A stretch of 64,000 nt of DNA. It comes from Hyphomicrobiaceae bacterium (GTDB taxonomy: Bacteria; Pseudomonadota; Alphaproteobacteria; Rhizobiales; Hyphomicrobiaceae). Below, in pieces: positions 38,379-49,174 of this stretch. The position numbers and the translations under genes were made by a program. Below the pieces are notes generated by a model. That model saw nothing but the letters and a program-made list of their open reading frames with translations. It was not told the DNA's origin and made no database searches. The stretch covers positions 980,017-1,044,016 of the forward strand of contig CBDCYD010000016.1 of NCBI GenBank assembly GCA_965224045.1, written 5' to 3'. Each line of letters begins with the position of its first letter. The stretch's first letter is position 1.

Positions 38379-39068
38379 ATGAAGATCACTTGGTACGGAC
38401 ATTCAACCTATCGCGTTGAAATCGGCTCGAGCGTGCTGCTGATTGATCCGTTTTTGAAGGGCAACCCGACGTTCGAGGGCTCTGGCGTTGCCTGGGACGA
38501 TGCCGTTGCGGGCGCCACCCAAATCGCTCTGACCCACGGCCATGATGACCATATCGGCGATACCGCCGAGATTGCCAAGTCATCTGGAGCGACCGTTTAT
38601 GCAATCTACGAACTGGCGCTTCACATGGGCTCCAACGGGGTCGAGAAGCTCGAGCCGATGGGTCAGGGCGGCACGGTCGCCTCGTCCGATTTCGACGTGA
38701 CGTTGACGCATGCCCAGCATTCATCGTCGTCCAACGGCGTTTATCTCGGCACCGCCTGCGGCCTGGTGATTACGCCGAGGTCGGGCAAGGTGCTCTACCA
38801 CATGGGCGACACCGATGTGTTTGCGGGGATGGACCTGATCAATACGCTCTACAAGCCGCAGATCGGGATCGTGCCGATCGGCGATCGGTTCACGATGGGG
38901 GCGCGGACCGCGGCGCATGCCTGCAAGACCTACTTCAATTTCGAGACCATTCTGCCCTGCCACTTCGGAACATTTCCGATCATCGATCAAAGCGCCGACA
39001 AGTTCGTCGGGGAAATGTCCGGCCACAACGTGGTCGTGCCGAAGGTCGGCGAGCCGGTCGAACTTTGA
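38379..39068 (+). CDS. Metal-dependent hydrolase, UPF0173 family (metallo-beta-lactamase fold)
   Basis: MKITWYGHSTYRVE N-terminus and an HGHDDH metal-binding motif. Confidence 0.8.
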   Translation: MKITWYGHSTYRVEIGSSVLLIDPFLKGNPTFEGSGVAWDDAVAGATQIALTHGHDDHIGDTAEIAKSSGATVYAIYELALHMGSNGVEKLEPMGQGGTVASSDFDVTLTHAQHSSSSNGVYLGTACGLVITPRSGKVLYHMGDTDVFAGMDLINTLYKPQIGIVPIGDRFTMGARTAAHACKTYFNFETILPCHFGTFPIIDQSADKFVGEMSGHNVVVPKVGEPVEL

Positions 39069-39101
39069 GCTAGGCGTGGCTCCAGAATAGGCACGACGGG
39101 C

Positions 39102-39590
39102 CTATCGGACGTCGATGACCGTGGCTTCGGCAGCCGCGCGCAGCGCTTCCGGTGCCACCGGGAAAACGCTGTTCGGCGTGCCGGCTGCCGCCCATACAAT
39201 TTCGAAGTCGAGGAGATCGCGGTCAATGTATGTGGCGATCGGGTTGTCGTGGGCGAGCGGGGGAATGCCGCCGATGGCGAAGCCGGTCACATCGCGAACG
39301 AAGGCTGCGTCGGGGCGCTTCAGGCGTTCGCCGATCGTGGCCGCTACGCGTTTTTCATCGACGCGGTTGGCGCCGGAGACGAGGAGCAGGACCGGCGTAC
39401 CGGTGTCGGCCCCGCGAAAGACCAGGGACTTGACGATCTGGCCGACCGCACAGCCGCAGGCATCGGCTGCATCTTCGGCCGTCCGGGTCGAGGCGGCCAT
39501 CTCGACGATCTCGATATCAAGTCCGCGCGCGGCAGCCGCGGCCAGCACGCGGCGCGATGCGTCTTTCAGGCCGGGTGGTGGTTCAGGCAT
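39102..39590 (-). CDS. YbaK/EbsC-family aminoacyl-tRNA editing (deacylase) domain protein
   Basis: VKSLVFRGADTGTPVLLLVSGANRVDEKRV and GFAIGGIPP strings typical of YbaK/ProX. The start was chosen at MPEPPPG (39590). Confidence 0.72.
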   Translation of the reverse strand: MPEPPPGLKDASRRVLAAAAARGLDIEIVEMAASTRTAEDAADACGCAVGQIVKSLVFRGADTGTPVLLLVSGANRVDEKRVAATIGERLKRPDAAFVRDVTGFAIGGIPPLAHDNPIATYIDRDLLDFEIVWAAAGTPNSVFPVAPEALRAAAEATVIDVR

Positions 39591-39682
39591 GCCGTGGCTC
39601 CCGTAGAGGTGCTTGCGCCGTGATCTGCGAACGAATACACGATCGTCACTGCTGACTGCAAAAACGACATTTGCGAGGCGAC

Positions 39683-39970
39683 ATGGACGTTGATGACAAG
39701 ACCGTCCAGGAGATTGCACGGCTGGCGCGGATCAGGATCTCCGATGACGAAGCAGAGAGCCTGCGGGCGGAATTATCATCGATCCTCGACTGGGTCGAAC
39801 AACTCGAGAAGGTCGACACCGAGAACGTCGAACCCATGATGCGCGTCGTACCGGTGGCCCTGCGGCAACGGAAAGATGCGGTAACAGACGGCGAAAGGCC
39901 GGATGAAGTCATCGCCAACGCGCCGGTAAGCGATAAAGGCTTCTTCGTGGTGCCGAAGGTTGTCGAATGA
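39683..39970 (+). CDS. gatC: Asp/Glu-tRNA amidotransferase subunit C
   Basis: The 95-aa product MDVDDKTVQEIARLARIRISDDEAESLRAELSSILDWVEQLEKVDTENVEPM is a canonical GatC. Confidence 0.92.
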   Translation: MDVDDKTVQEIARLARIRISDDEAESLRAELSSILDWVEQLEKVDTENVEPMMRVVPVALRQRKDAVTDGERPDEVIANAPVSDKGFFVVPKVVE

Positions 39971-40027
39971 TGCATGCGCCGCAGCGTCGGCGATGGCTTG
40001 GCGTTCGGTGACCAAATGGAGATGAGG

Positions 40028-40348
40028 ATGGCAGTCAAGCAACCTTCGCAATGCAAGGATATGAACGATGTGCGTGCCGAAATCGATCGGCTCGATACGG
40101 CCCTGGTCGAGTTGATCGGGGAGCGCTTCGGTTATGTGGAGCGGGCGTGGCAGATCAAGCTCGCCGAAAATGCGGCAGCCAACGTGCCGTGGCGCAACCA
40201 GCAGGTGGTGGACCGGGTGCGCGCCAAAGCGGAGGCCGTCGGCGTGCCGCCCGACCTGTGCGAGGCGCTGTGGCGGCAGATGATCGGATGGTTCATCCAG
40301 TACGAAGAGGAAAAGCTCAAAGCGGAGCTTGGTGGCAAAGACGACTGA
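40028..40348 (+). CDS. Chorismate mutase (AroQ / type II, monofunctional)
   Basis: VRAEIDRLDTALVELIGERFGYVERAWQIK matches the CM_2 helix-1 pattern (R..ID..D..L..L...R). The start is ambiguous (39974, 40016 or 40028). Confidence 0.68.
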   Translation: MAVKQPSQCKDMNDVRAEIDRLDTALVELIGERFGYVERAWQIKLAENAAANVPWRNQQVVDRVRAKAEAVGVPPDLCEALWRQMIGWFIQYEEEKLKAELGGKDD

Positions 40349-40354
40349 GTTTCG

Positions 40355-40654
40355 ATGGTGGCTGGCTTTGACCCCAATCTCGACCCCCTCGTCCTGTTGG
40401 TGACGGCGGTCGCAAACCCTGTCGTGATCGTCGTTGCGTTTTATCTCGGTTGGCGCGCGGATCAGTGGCAGAAGCTGGTGATCGCCGGGTTCGGGGCGGC
40501 AATTGCCGGGGCCTTTGCGATCTGGTGTGCGACGTTTGCAGGCCTGCTTGCGCCGCGGCCGTTCGGAAGTGATGCCGGGGTGTTTGTGTTCAGCTTCGTT
40601 TATGGCATTGCGGTCGCCGCGGCGGGTTATGTCCTGGTGCGCCGGAACCGGTAG
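40355..40654 (+). CDS. Hypothetical small membrane protein (3 predicted TM helices)
   Basis: 99-aa hydrophobic ORF starting 7 nt after the chorismate mutase stop. No recognisable family. Confidence 0.45.
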   Translation: MVAGFDPNLDPLVLLVTAVANPVVIVVAFYLGWRADQWQKLVIAGFGAAIAGAFAIWCATFAGLLAPRPFGSDAGVFVFSFVYGIAVAAAGYVLVRRNR

Positions 40655-40749
40655 CGCGTGGACTGCGCGCTTTGTCCCAGATTTGATTTCGGCAACGCGA
40701 CGGTCTTTGGCAGAATGCGGACGGTTGTCGACGGAAAGCGGAGGCCTGC

Positions 40750-41202
40750 GTGATGCGGTTCGGTTCCTCAGGCACGATCGTATGGGTGCTGTTCGCGGTG
40801 CTCTCGTGGCCGTCGTGGGCCGCTGCTCAAAGCACCAACATGTCCGTTGACGAGGCGCATCGCCTGGCTGTCAATGGTGACATCGTCTTGATCGATATAC
40901 GCGCACCGAAGGAATGGCGCCAGTCTGGTGTGCCAGCCAGTGGGCGGACGATAACGATGTACCAGTGGCCGCAAGGCTTTGTGTCGGCGCTCAAGGCTGC
41001 AGCCGGTGGTGATGGCGCCAAGCCGATCGCGCTGATCTGTGCGACCGGGGTTCGCTCGCTCTATGTGCAAAAGGCATTGCGGCAGGCGGGGTTCAAGTCC
41101 GTTATCAACGTGGTCGGAGGGATGTTCGGTACCAAGCGCCATCGCGGTTGGCTAAAGGCCGGTCTGCCGACCCGGACATGGTCGAAACCCAAGACGCAGT
41201 GA
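40750..41202 (+). CDS. Rhodanese-domain (sulfurtransferase-like) protein with a signal peptide
   Basis: Signal peptide (VLFAVLSWPSWAAA), LIDIRAPKEW, and an active-site loop CATGVRS. Confidence 0.7.
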   Translation: MMRFGSSGTIVWVLFAVLSWPSWAAAQSTNMSVDEAHRLAVNGDIVLIDIRAPKEWRQSGVPASGRTITMYQWPQGFVSALKAAAGGDGAKPIALICATGVRSLYVQKALRQAGFKSVINVVGGMFGTKRHRGWLKAGLPTRTWSKPKTQ

Positions 41203-41368
41203 GCGAGCGCCGTTTTGCAGGTCAGATTATCCTGGTGCGGGACGGCGTTCGTGAATGGGCTCCGTGATGAACACGCCTGACGCGGGGCGTTTGCGTGAGA
41301 CGAGGTGGTTTGATAAGCACGGGGCGCGCTGCGCGGAGCTGGCGCGGAAGAGTTTGTGGGAAGCGGGC

Positions 41369-42847
<1,479 letters not shown>

Positions 42848-42889
42848 CGCGCGGCAGAGCGCGGGTGTGCCGGGGCAAGGGGGAATGCC

Positions 42890-45226
42890 ATGAGGCGGGC
42901 CGTCGACCGTCCGCGATGCGCGGTTTCTTTGTGGTTCAGCCACGGCGTTGGTCTGGTGCTGGCGTTGTTGGTTGCCGGGCTTGGCGATGTTTACGCACAA
43001 CAAAGCGAAGGCGGCACGTCGGTAGCGCAGCGGCCGTTGCGGCTGGGCGTGCTGATCAGTTCCGATTCGGATCGCTGCTACGATGCGGGCGTGTTCAAGG
43101 CGATCCGCAATTTTGCGCGCGAAGAGATCAACGAGATCAACCGCACAGGCGGTATCGGCGGTCGGCGCGTCGAGCTCAGGCTGTTCGACGATGGCGAAGA
43201 CGTCGAAAAGACCGTCGCCTTCGTCAAGCAGGCGGTGGATGATCCCGACATGATCGGGCTGGTTGGGATCAGCAGTTCGACGCGCGGCAATATCGTGTTC
43301 GGACGGATCGGTGCCGAGGTCGGTGCAAGCGCGCTGCCCTTGGTTACCGACATTTCGCTGAGCCAGATCTACGCGCCCTACAAGAACGTGTTTTCGATGG
43401 CCAGCGCGGTCGCCGATGAACTCGAGGTGGTGCGTACGCTGTTGAAGGATCGCGGGTTCAAGCGGCCGGCCTTTATCGGCATCAAAGGCGATCTCTACAG
43501 CGCCTCGCTCGGCGACGGCCTGGCGGCGGCCGGCAGCGAGCCGCCACTGGCGCTCGACCGTCGTGTAACGGTGAAGGACTATCGCATCGACCAGGGCGAT
43601 GTTGCGCCGGTGGTGCGCGATATCCAGGCCGCCGAGGCGGACCTCGTGATCCTGGCGATCCACAGCGCCCCCGGTGCGACGGTGCTCGGGCAACTGCTCA
43701 AGGCCGGCTACAAGGTGCCGGTCCTGGTACTCTACGGGCGCATCGCAACCATCCTGCGGCTTTCCGACAAGCTTCCGGACGATCTCAAGTTCTTCCAGCT
43801 GGCGCGCGATGGTGTGCCCTACGTCTACAATGAGCGCTTGCGGCAGTTGATCTGGCAGTCGCAATCCGCGCGCTGGATTTTCGAGGATACGCCGAACGCA
43901 GCCAACCGAGCGGGCTGGGAAAGCGGCCTTTGCAAGCCCAAGAAGGACACTGCCAAGCGACAGATCTTCGATGGCGGCAACCGGCGCGCGATCGGCCGTG
44001 GCATGCAGTACCGTGACGTCCTGCACTTGATGGCGACGCTCGCGCGGGAGGTGCCCGCGGGCGCGGATGTCGCCGCCATCCGCCGCCATGTCAGCCGAGA
44101 GCTCGGCGGTTTCGTCGAGGGCAAGAAGGTTTTCAAGGGCCTGTGGCAGGACTGGACTTTTACGAGCAACCGTGCGGCCGCAAGCGACATCCTGATCACG
44201 ACCTCGGGCAGCGATCCGAAGTCGGCGGCCCTGGCGCCTATCCAGTACCGCCGGGTCAATGCCACGCTGGTGCGCAGTCCGGTTGTGGACATGTCAATCG
44301 ATCTGATCCGGATCGCCGGCATCGATTCCAACGAGCGGCGCTTCGATGCCGAGTTCTATCTCTCGCTCAAGAGCGTGGACAACAAAGTCTCGATTGCCGC
44401 GGTCGATTTCACAAACGCGGCGCGGTCGCATTTCAGTCGCGATCGACTGATCAGCAGCCGGGCGATTCACGAAGGTGAAGGCGGCTCGAAGTTTCCGGTC
44501 GGGGTCAAGGTCTACAAGGTCGCCGGCACCTTCCAGTTCAATCCGGACCTCGGTGCCTATCCGTTCGATACCCAGCGGCTTTCGGTGTCGTTTCAGGCGC
44601 GCAGCGCGGCTAATCCGTTCTTGATCCAGCCGCCCGCTCAGGTCTTGCGCCAGGCCAACGGCGAGGTCGACGGCTGGGTTCTGCGCGATCAGTACGTGGG
44701 TTCCGAACAGGATATCATCTCGACGATTGCCGAGGATGGTGTCGGACGTCACGTCGTGCCGATCTACAAGTTCAATCAGACCTGGGTGGTGCGGAGGATT
44801 TCGGTCGACTACTATATCCGTGTCGTGGTGCCGCTGGCGTTCATCTTGCTGGTAACCTATTTCTCCGTCTATCTGCCGGCCTCCCGGTTCGATTCGACGG
44901 TTGCCATCCAGGTGACCGCTCTGTTGTCGTCGATTGCGCTCTATCTAGCGCTCCCCAAGGTCGAATCGGATCAAGCGACGCTCTCGGACAAGATGTTCAT
45001 CATGACCTATGCGGCTGTCGCGCTGATGATCGGGCTGACGATCCTCAAGGATGCGCGCTGGCTGGCCGGGTTCGGTGCCGTGCGCCTCGTCGTCGTCGGC
45101 TTTCAACGGGTGGCGTTTCCGGCCGCGACGGCAGCAATCGTGCTCTACCTGATGTCGACGGCCGACCGCCAGGGTGGTGATTTGGCACAAAGCCTGCGCG
45201 ACCTGTGGCAGTCGTTTGCCGGCTGA
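42890..45226 (+). CDS. Fusion protein: signal peptide + LivK-type (type 1) periplasmic binding domain + prokaryotic pentameric ligand-gated ion channel (Cys-loop receptor superfamily)
   Basis: Residues about 45-430 look like a Leu/Ile/Val-binding-protein fold (LRLGVLISSDS...INRTGGIGGRRVELRLFDDGEDVEK...LVGISSSTRG). Residues about 465-640 form a beta-rich ECD with the signature loop YPFDTQ at 44558-44575. From 44813 there are 4 TM helices. M1 is YYIRVVVPLAFILLVTYFSVYL, and M2 is RFDSTVAIQVTALLSSIALYLALPK, colinear with ELIC/GLIC M2 ending in LP(K/R). Confidence 0.8.
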   Translation: MRRAVDRPRCAVSLWFSHGVGLVLALLVAGLGDVYAQQSEGGTSVAQRPLRLGVLISSDSDRCYDAGVFKAIRNFAREEINEINRTGGIGGRRVELRLFDDGEDVEKTVAFVKQAVDDPDMIGLVGISSSTRGNIVFGRIGAEVGASALPLVTDISLSQIYAPYKNVFSMASAVADELEVVRTLLKDRGFKRPAFIGIKGDLYSASLGDGLAAAGSEPPLALDRRVTVKDYRIDQGDVAPVVRDIQAAEADLVILAIHSAPGATVLGQLLKAGYKVPVLVLYGRIATILRLSDKLPDDLKFFQLARDGVPYVYNERLRQLIWQSQSARWIFEDTPNAANRAGWESGLCKPKKDTAKRQIFDGGNRRAIGRGMQYRDVLHLMATLAREVPAGADVAAIRRHVSRELGGFVEGKKVFKGLWQDWTFTSNRAAASDILITTSGSDPKSAALAPIQYRRVNATLVRSPVVDMSIDLIRIAGIDSNERRFDAEFYLSLKSVDNKVSIAAVDFTNAARSHFSRDRLISSRAIHEGEGGSKFPVGVKVYKVAGTFQFNPDLGAYPFDTQRLSVSFQARSAANPFLIQPPAQVLRQANGEVDGWVLRDQYVGSEQDIISTIAEDGVGRHVVPIYKFNQTWVVRRISVDYYIRVVVPLAFILLVTYFSVYLPASRFDSTVAIQVTALLSSIALYLALPKVESDQATLSDKMFIMTYAAVALMIGLTILKDARWLAGFGAVRLVVVGFQRVAFPAATAAIVLYLMSTADRQGGDLAQSLRDLWQSFAG

Positions 45227-45267
45227 GCGCTGCGCTGCGCGATCGTCGAGAGTGAGCGACGGACGGC

Positions 45268-46212
45268 TCAGGCCGCCGTGTCGGTCTTTGGAGCTGCCAG
45301 CCGGTCGAGATCGAGGCCGGTGTTCCAATAGGGGTCGGAGCCGTAGAGTTCACTGAGGAACTCGATGAAGACATTGACCTTGGAGGGCATGAATTCGCGG
45401 CTGGGGTAGACGGCGTAAATCGCGACGTTGGAGGATCCGCGATACTCGGGCAGGACGATGCGCAGGTCACCGTTGTTGAGTTCCGGACCGATATCCCAGG
45501 TCGAGCGCAGGCCGATTCCGAGCCCTGCAACGATGGCCTGGCGCGTGAACTCCGCCGAGTTGGATCGGATGTTGCCGCTCAGGCGGAGCTGATGGGGACC
45601 GTCCGGACCGTCGAGACGCCAGACGTCCTGGGCGCCGGCGGAAAGGCAGTTGTGGGCCTGGAGATCGGCAAGCGATGCCGGCGTGCCGGCCTCGTCCAGA
45701 TATTTCGGCGATGCACAGATGACGCGGGTGTCGGCTGCCAGTTTCTTTGCAACGAGCGAGGAATCCTCCAGCTCGCCAATGCGGATGGCAAGGTCGAAGC
45801 CGTCGCGAATGATGTCGAACATATCGTCCGTGATCTGGAAATCGAGATCGATCTCCGGATACTTGGCGACGAAATCGGCGAGATAGGGTGCGATGTGCAG
45901 CCGGCTGAAGGTCGTCGGGGCGGTGATCTTCAAGAGACCACGCGGCGTCGTATTGCGCCGGCTCACGAAGTCCTCGGCCTCCTCGACCAGGCTCAGGATG
46001 TCGACAACGCGCTTGAAATAGCCTTCGCCGGTTTCCGTCAGCGTCAGATGCCGGGTGGTGCGCTGGAACAGGCGGGCGCCAAGGCGCTCTTCCAGCAGGC
46101 TCACGCGTTTCGACACGACGGCGGGCGACAAGCCCATTTCGCGACCTGCCGCCGACATGTTGCCGGTGCGAGCAACGCGTGCAAAAATGTCCAGGTCACT
46201 AATCGCGGTCAC
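45268..46212 (-). CDS. LysR-family transcriptional regulator (divergent from glcDEF)
   Basis: HTH DLDIFARVARTGNMSAAGREMGLSPAVVSKRVSLLEERLGARLFQRTTR followed by a LysR substrate-binding domain. Confidence 0.85.
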   Translation of the reverse strand: MTAISDLDIFARVARTGNMSAAGREMGLSPAVVSKRVSLLEERLGARLFQRTTRHLTLTETGEGYFKRVVDILSLVEEAEDFVSRRNTTPRGLLKITAPTTFSRLHIAPYLADFVAKYPEIDLDFQITDDMFDIIRDGFDLAIRIGELEDSSLVAKKLAADTRVICASPKYLDEAGTPASLADLQAHNCLSAGAQDVWRLDGPDGPHQLRLSGNIRSNSAEFTRQAIVAGLGIGLRSTWDIGPELNNGDLRIVLPEYRGSSNVAIYAVYPSREFMPSKVNVFIEFLSELYGSDPYWNTGLDLDRLAAPKTDTAA

Positions 46213-46421
46213 GAGGGAGTCCTCCGGTTGGAATTGGCTGCTTTGGGCGCAACACTTTCTTCCAATTGTGAAATATCGGATTGATTGTCGAATATGTGTC
46301 CGGCAACTCCGGATTTTGCATTAGTGAATTTCCAGTTCGTTGAACTGGTGCGCTGCAATAGGCTGTGCAATTGTGCTGTTGCGATGCAACAAATCAGGAT
46401 GCGAGCAGAAGGGATTAGATC

Positions 46422-47867
46422 GTGGCAATCGAGCTGCCAAGCCCTAATTCTACTACGATAGAGCAGAAGGATGCCATCATCAGAGAGCTGATGGGGCTGG
46501 TCGGCGAAGAGGCCGTCATTGCGGACGTTGATGGACGCCGCGCCTTTGAAACGGATGCCCTGACAGCTTATACGCGGTTGCCGCTGGCAGTGGTTCTGCC
46601 GCGTACAACAGAAGATGTCTCCAAACTGTTGCGATATTGTCATTCGCGGCGGCTCAAGGTGTTTCCGCGTGGCGCCGGAACCTCGCTTTGCGGCGGTGCG
46701 CTGCCCTCGGAAGACGGCATCGTGATTTGCATTTCCAAGATGAACAAGGTGCTGGAGGTCGACTTCACGGACCGGTTCATGCGGGTCGAAGCCGGCATGA
46801 CCAATCTCGGGATCTCCCAGGCGGTGGAGGACAAGCGCTACTTTTATGCGCCCGACCCCTCAAGCCAGCTGGCGTGCACCATCGCCGGCAATATCGCGAT
46901 GAATTCCGGTGGCGCCCACTGCCTTAAGTACGGCGTCACCTTAAACAACGTGCTCGGCCTTAGGATGGTGACCATCGAAGGCGAGGTCATCGATATCGGT
47001 GGGCCGTATCTTGACGCGCAGGGTCTTGATCTGCTCGGCATGATGATCGGCTCCGAGGGCCAGTTCGGGATCGTGACCGAGGCGACCGTGCGTATCCTTC
47101 GGTGCGCCGATGGGGCCCGGCCGATGATGGTCGGATTTCATGCGTGCGAAGATGCAGGTGCCTGCGTGGCAGCGATCATCGGCGCCGGCATCGTGCCGGT
47201 TGCTATCGAATACATGGACAAACCGGCCATCCACGTCTGTGAGGACTTCGCCAAGGCCGGCTATCCGCGCGATGTCGAAGCACTGCTGATCATCGAAGTC
47301 GAAGGCAGCGAGGAGGAGATCTCGCTCCTGCTCGACCGCATCGAAGGCATAGCCCAGCGCTATAACCCGGCGACGATCGTGATCAGCGAGAGCGAGGAAC
47401 AGAGCGCGCGGATCTGGCGCGGTCGCAAATCGGCGTTTGGTGCCATCGGCCGAATCTCGGAATACTACTGCATGGACGGTACGATCCCACTCGGCCGCCT
47501 GCCCGAGGTGCTGACGGGGATATCCGAGATCTGCGCGCGCCACGGCCTCAAGGTGGCGAACATCTTTCACGCCGGAGACGGCAACCTGCATCCCCTCATC
47601 CTCTATGATGCCAACAATCCGGAAGAGGCGCACAGGGCCGAAGAGGCGGGTGCCGAAATTCTCACGCTGTGCGTCGAGGTCGGCGGGTGCCTGACGGGCG
47701 AGCATGGTGTCGGTATCGAAAAACGCGATCTCATGCGCGTGCAGTTCAGCGAGTCCGATCTGGCACTGCAGATGCGGATCAAGGCGATGATGGACCCGCA
47801 CTGGTTGCTCAATCCGGGCAAGGTGTTTCCTCTCGATGTCGATCAGGATCAGGCGGCAGCAGCGTAG
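46422..47867 (+). CDS. glcD: Glycolate oxidase subunit GlcD (FAD-linked oxidase)
   Basis: FAD-binding PCMH domain (VFPRGAGTSLCGGALP), about 480 aa, followed by glcE and glcF. GTG start. Confidence 0.9.
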   Translation: MAIELPSPNSTTIEQKDAIIRELMGLVGEEAVIADVDGRRAFETDALTAYTRLPLAVVLPRTTEDVSKLLRYCHSRRLKVFPRGAGTSLCGGALPSEDGIVICISKMNKVLEVDFTDRFMRVEAGMTNLGISQAVEDKRYFYAPDPSSQLACTIAGNIAMNSGGAHCLKYGVTLNNVLGLRMVTIEGEVIDIGGPYLDAQGLDLLGMMIGSEGQFGIVTEATVRILRCADGARPMMVGFHACEDAGACVAAIIGAGIVPVAIEYMDKPAIHVCEDFAKAGYPRDVEALLIIEVEGSEEEISLLLDRIEGIAQRYNPATIVISESEEQSARIWRGRKSAFGAIGRISEYYCMDGTIPLGRLPEVLTGISEICARHGLKVANIFHAGDGNLHPLILYDANNPEEAHRAEEAGAEILTLCVEVGGCLTGEHGVGIEKRDLMRVQFSESDLALQMRIKAMMDPHWLLNPGKVFPLDVDQDQAAAA

Positions 47868-47915
47868 CAGGATGGCGCGCGCGGCGGCCGTCGGGGATGG
47901 TGTGAGGGCTGGAAT

Positions 47916-49136
47916 TTGAACGCAATCGTGAGGCCGGCTGCCGATTGGGAACTGGCGCGTGTTTTGCGCGAGGCCTGTGAGAGCCAGATACCGGTTGAAG
48001 TCATTGGCGGAGGATCAAAGCGAGACGCCGGTCGGCCATTGCAGGTCGGCACCATCATTTCGACCCATGTGCTGCGCGGAATCCGACTTTACGAGCCGAG
48101 CGAACTGGTGATGTCGGCGCAGGCGGGAACATTGCTGAGCGAGGTTGAAAAGGAGCTTGCCGCGAACGGCCAGATGCTCGCATTTGAGCCCGTTGATCTC
48201 GGCCCGGCGCTGGGCCAGGGGGCGGGCCTGGGTACGGTCGGCGGCATGTTTGCCACCAATATTTCGGGCAGCCGGCGGATTGCGCTCGGTGCAGCGCGTG
48301 ATCATCTGCTGGGCGTCAAGGCCGTGACGGGAAACGGTGAGATCTTCAAGTCCGGCGGCCGGGTCCTCAAGGACGTCACCGGCTACGACCTCGTCCGTGC
48401 CGTCGCCGGCAGCTGGGGTACGCTGGCGGCAATGACGGATGCCACGTTCAAAGTGCTGCCGCGCCCCGAAGAGACGGCGACCGCAGTGATCGTCGGGCTT
48501 TCGAATGAACTGGCGGTCGAGGCGATGTGTGCTGCGATGGCGACGCCGCTGGAGGTCTCGGGCGCGGTGCATCTGGAGGCGGAACTGGTCGGGCGCCTCA
48601 TGCACGATGAGTTTCGCAGTGCCGGCAACGCGGTGACGGCGATCCGGCTCGAGAACTTTTCCAGCTTCGTGGCAAAGCGCATGGAGCGGCTGCAGGCAGC
48701 GCTGACGGCCTACGGTGAAATCCATGTCGCCGGCAACGAGGACTCGCTCGCGTTCTGGTCGGAACTGCAGCAGCTCTCCCCGATGGTCAATCGGACGGAT
48801 CAACTGTGGCGCATTTCGACCCTGCCGAGCAAAGGGGCCGACTTCGTCGCCGACATCCAGCGCTACATGAATGCGCATGCCTATTTCGATTGGTCGGGCG
48901 GGCTGATCTGGCTTGCGGTGCAGGAGGCCGCGGACGCGGGCGCAACGGACATTCGCCGCGTCATTGCGAGCTATGGCGGGCATGCGACCTTGATCCGGGC
49001 CGCCGCCGACGTGCGCCAGACCGTCGAGGTGTTCCATCCGCTCGACCACGGCAACGAAAAGATGACGCGCAGCCTGAAGAACGTGTTTGATCCTGCCGGA
49101 GTACTCAATCCCGGCCGGATGTATGCGAATATCTGA
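47916..49136 (+). CDS. glcE: Glycolate oxidase FAD-binding subunit GlcE
   Basis: FAD_binding_4-like domain (VIGGGSKRDAGRP, VLKDVTGYDL) positioned between glcD and glcF. TTG start as in the track. Confidence 0.85.
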   Translation: MNAIVRPAADWELARVLREACESQIPVEVIGGGSKRDAGRPLQVGTIISTHVLRGIRLYEPSELVMSAQAGTLLSEVEKELAANGQMLAFEPVDLGPALGQGAGLGTVGGMFATNISGSRRIALGAARDHLLGVKAVTGNGEIFKSGGRVLKDVTGYDLVRAVAGSWGTLAAMTDATFKVLPRPEETATAVIVGLSNELAVEAMCAAMATPLEVSGAVHLEAELVGRLMHDEFRSAGNAVTAIRLENFSSFVAKRMERLQAALTAYGEIHVAGNEDSLAFWSELQQLSPMVNRTDQLWRISTLPSKGADFVADIQRYMNAHAYFDWSGGLIWLAVQEAADAGATDIRRVIASYGGHATLIRAAADVRQTVEVFHPLDHGNEKMTRSLKNVFDPAGVLNPGRMYANI

Positions 49137-49174
49137 GCCGGGCCCCGGGGGCCGCCGATCAGCCAGAGGCAGCG

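Noticed and set aside
46213-46421. LysR-type operator upstream of glcD (TTGGAA...TTCCAA and repeated TGCAAT)
   Set aside because: The half-sites are short and their spacing does not fit a clear T-N11-A box, so I cannot support a specific site from sequence alone.
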